Shown here piece by piece: positions 19,585-20,000 of a stretch of 20,000 bases of DNA; position 1 is the stretch's first letter, and every line of letters begins with the position of its first letter. The translations under genes and the position numbers were made by a program. The notes beneath the pieces were generated by a model. It had not been told where the DNA came from, did not search any database, and was given only the letters and a program-made list of their open reading frames with translations. This stretch comes from Craspedostauros australis (lineage: Eukaryota). The stretch covers positions 47,517 through 67,516 of the forward strand of contig JALAGF010004012.1 of NCBI GenBank assembly GCA_030167865.1, given 5' to 3'.

Positions 19585-20000
19585 CTACATACCACTGCGT
19601 TGCTCCAAAAGCGCATCGACGCAAGGGTACCCGCATCCCGCGTCCTGAACATAGCAGTTCTTCACAGACGCGTCCTGGTATGTTCCATCCGAAGAACACG
19701 GACAGACGGCCGAGGCTTCGCACTCCTCCTCCGCCGCACTTTGTAACCGCCGTATCTCGTTGACACGTTGCTGCACGCGTTGCACTCCCAACGACGCGAT
19801 GGTGCGGTCCAACGACTCTTGCACTGCAGCGTATAGCAGAAAGTCGGCGTGTTCGATCTCGTAGGCATCGTAGGACTTCATGTATTCCTGTACGGCCGCA
19901 GTACGCTGGACGGGCTGAATCTTGGTGCAAACATGATGCTTCCCACCGTCATCATAATTGCCCGCCCGCTTAGCGCTGAGAACGACCACGTCGGCTGGTT
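19585..20000 (-). CDS. 3' part of a probable sulfotransferase-like protein (diatom-expanded family with Cys-rich C-terminus); truncated by the window edge
   Basis: The frame is open from the window end (PADVVVLSAKRAGNYDDG..CTKI..DFLLY...SLDRTI..LG..CPCSSDG..CYVQDAGCGYPCVD) to TAG at 19585-19587. The pattern resembles the C-termini of diatom sulfotransferase-like proteins as I recall them. The PAPS-binding motifs would lie outside the window. Confidence 0.65.
   Translation of the reverse strand, partial: PADVVVLSAKRAGNYDDGGKHHVCTKIQPVQRTAAVQEYMKSYDAYEIEHADFLLYAAVQESLDRTIASLGVQRVQQRVNEIRRLQSAAEEECEASAVCPCSSDGTYQDASVKNCYVQDAGCGYPCVDALLEQRSGM

Noticed and set aside
1-20000. CRISPR arrays, tRNA/rRNA genes, transposon or viral genes, bacterial operons
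   Set aside because: No repeat-spacer arrays, RNA-gene signatures, terminal repeats or transposase/RT motifs were seen; spliceosomal introns indicate a nuclear eukaryotic locus.

Overview
Eukaryotic, gene-dense, intron-poor DNA that reads like a diatom genome. This is inferred from GT92-like and sulfotransferase-like families typical of diatoms, bipartite-looking plastid presequences and short GT-AG introns. It holds six protein-coding genes: (1) an RH39-type DEAD-box helicase with a DEMD box (-); (2) a ~1060-aa disordered protein with five IQ motifs, several paired with WH2-like LKK segments (+); (3) an alpha/beta hydrolase (-); (4) a three-exon, ~1827-aa membrane protein (-); (5) a GT92/GT2-like glycosyltransferase (+); (6) the 3' end of a sulfotransferase-like gene (-). 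The ORF track splits gene 4 into three pieces. Once spliced, it reads as a 7-TM MLO domain, a long disordered linker, a degenerate 4-TM voltage-sensor-like domain and a split PH-like domain. This is the main candidate for a novel system: a possibly voltage- and phosphoinositide-regulated MLO-type Ca2+ channel. The divergent intergenic region between genes 4 and 5 carries four TGACGT (bZIP/aureochrome-type) sites within 94 bp. All family assignments come from motif recognition by eye; no database search was run.
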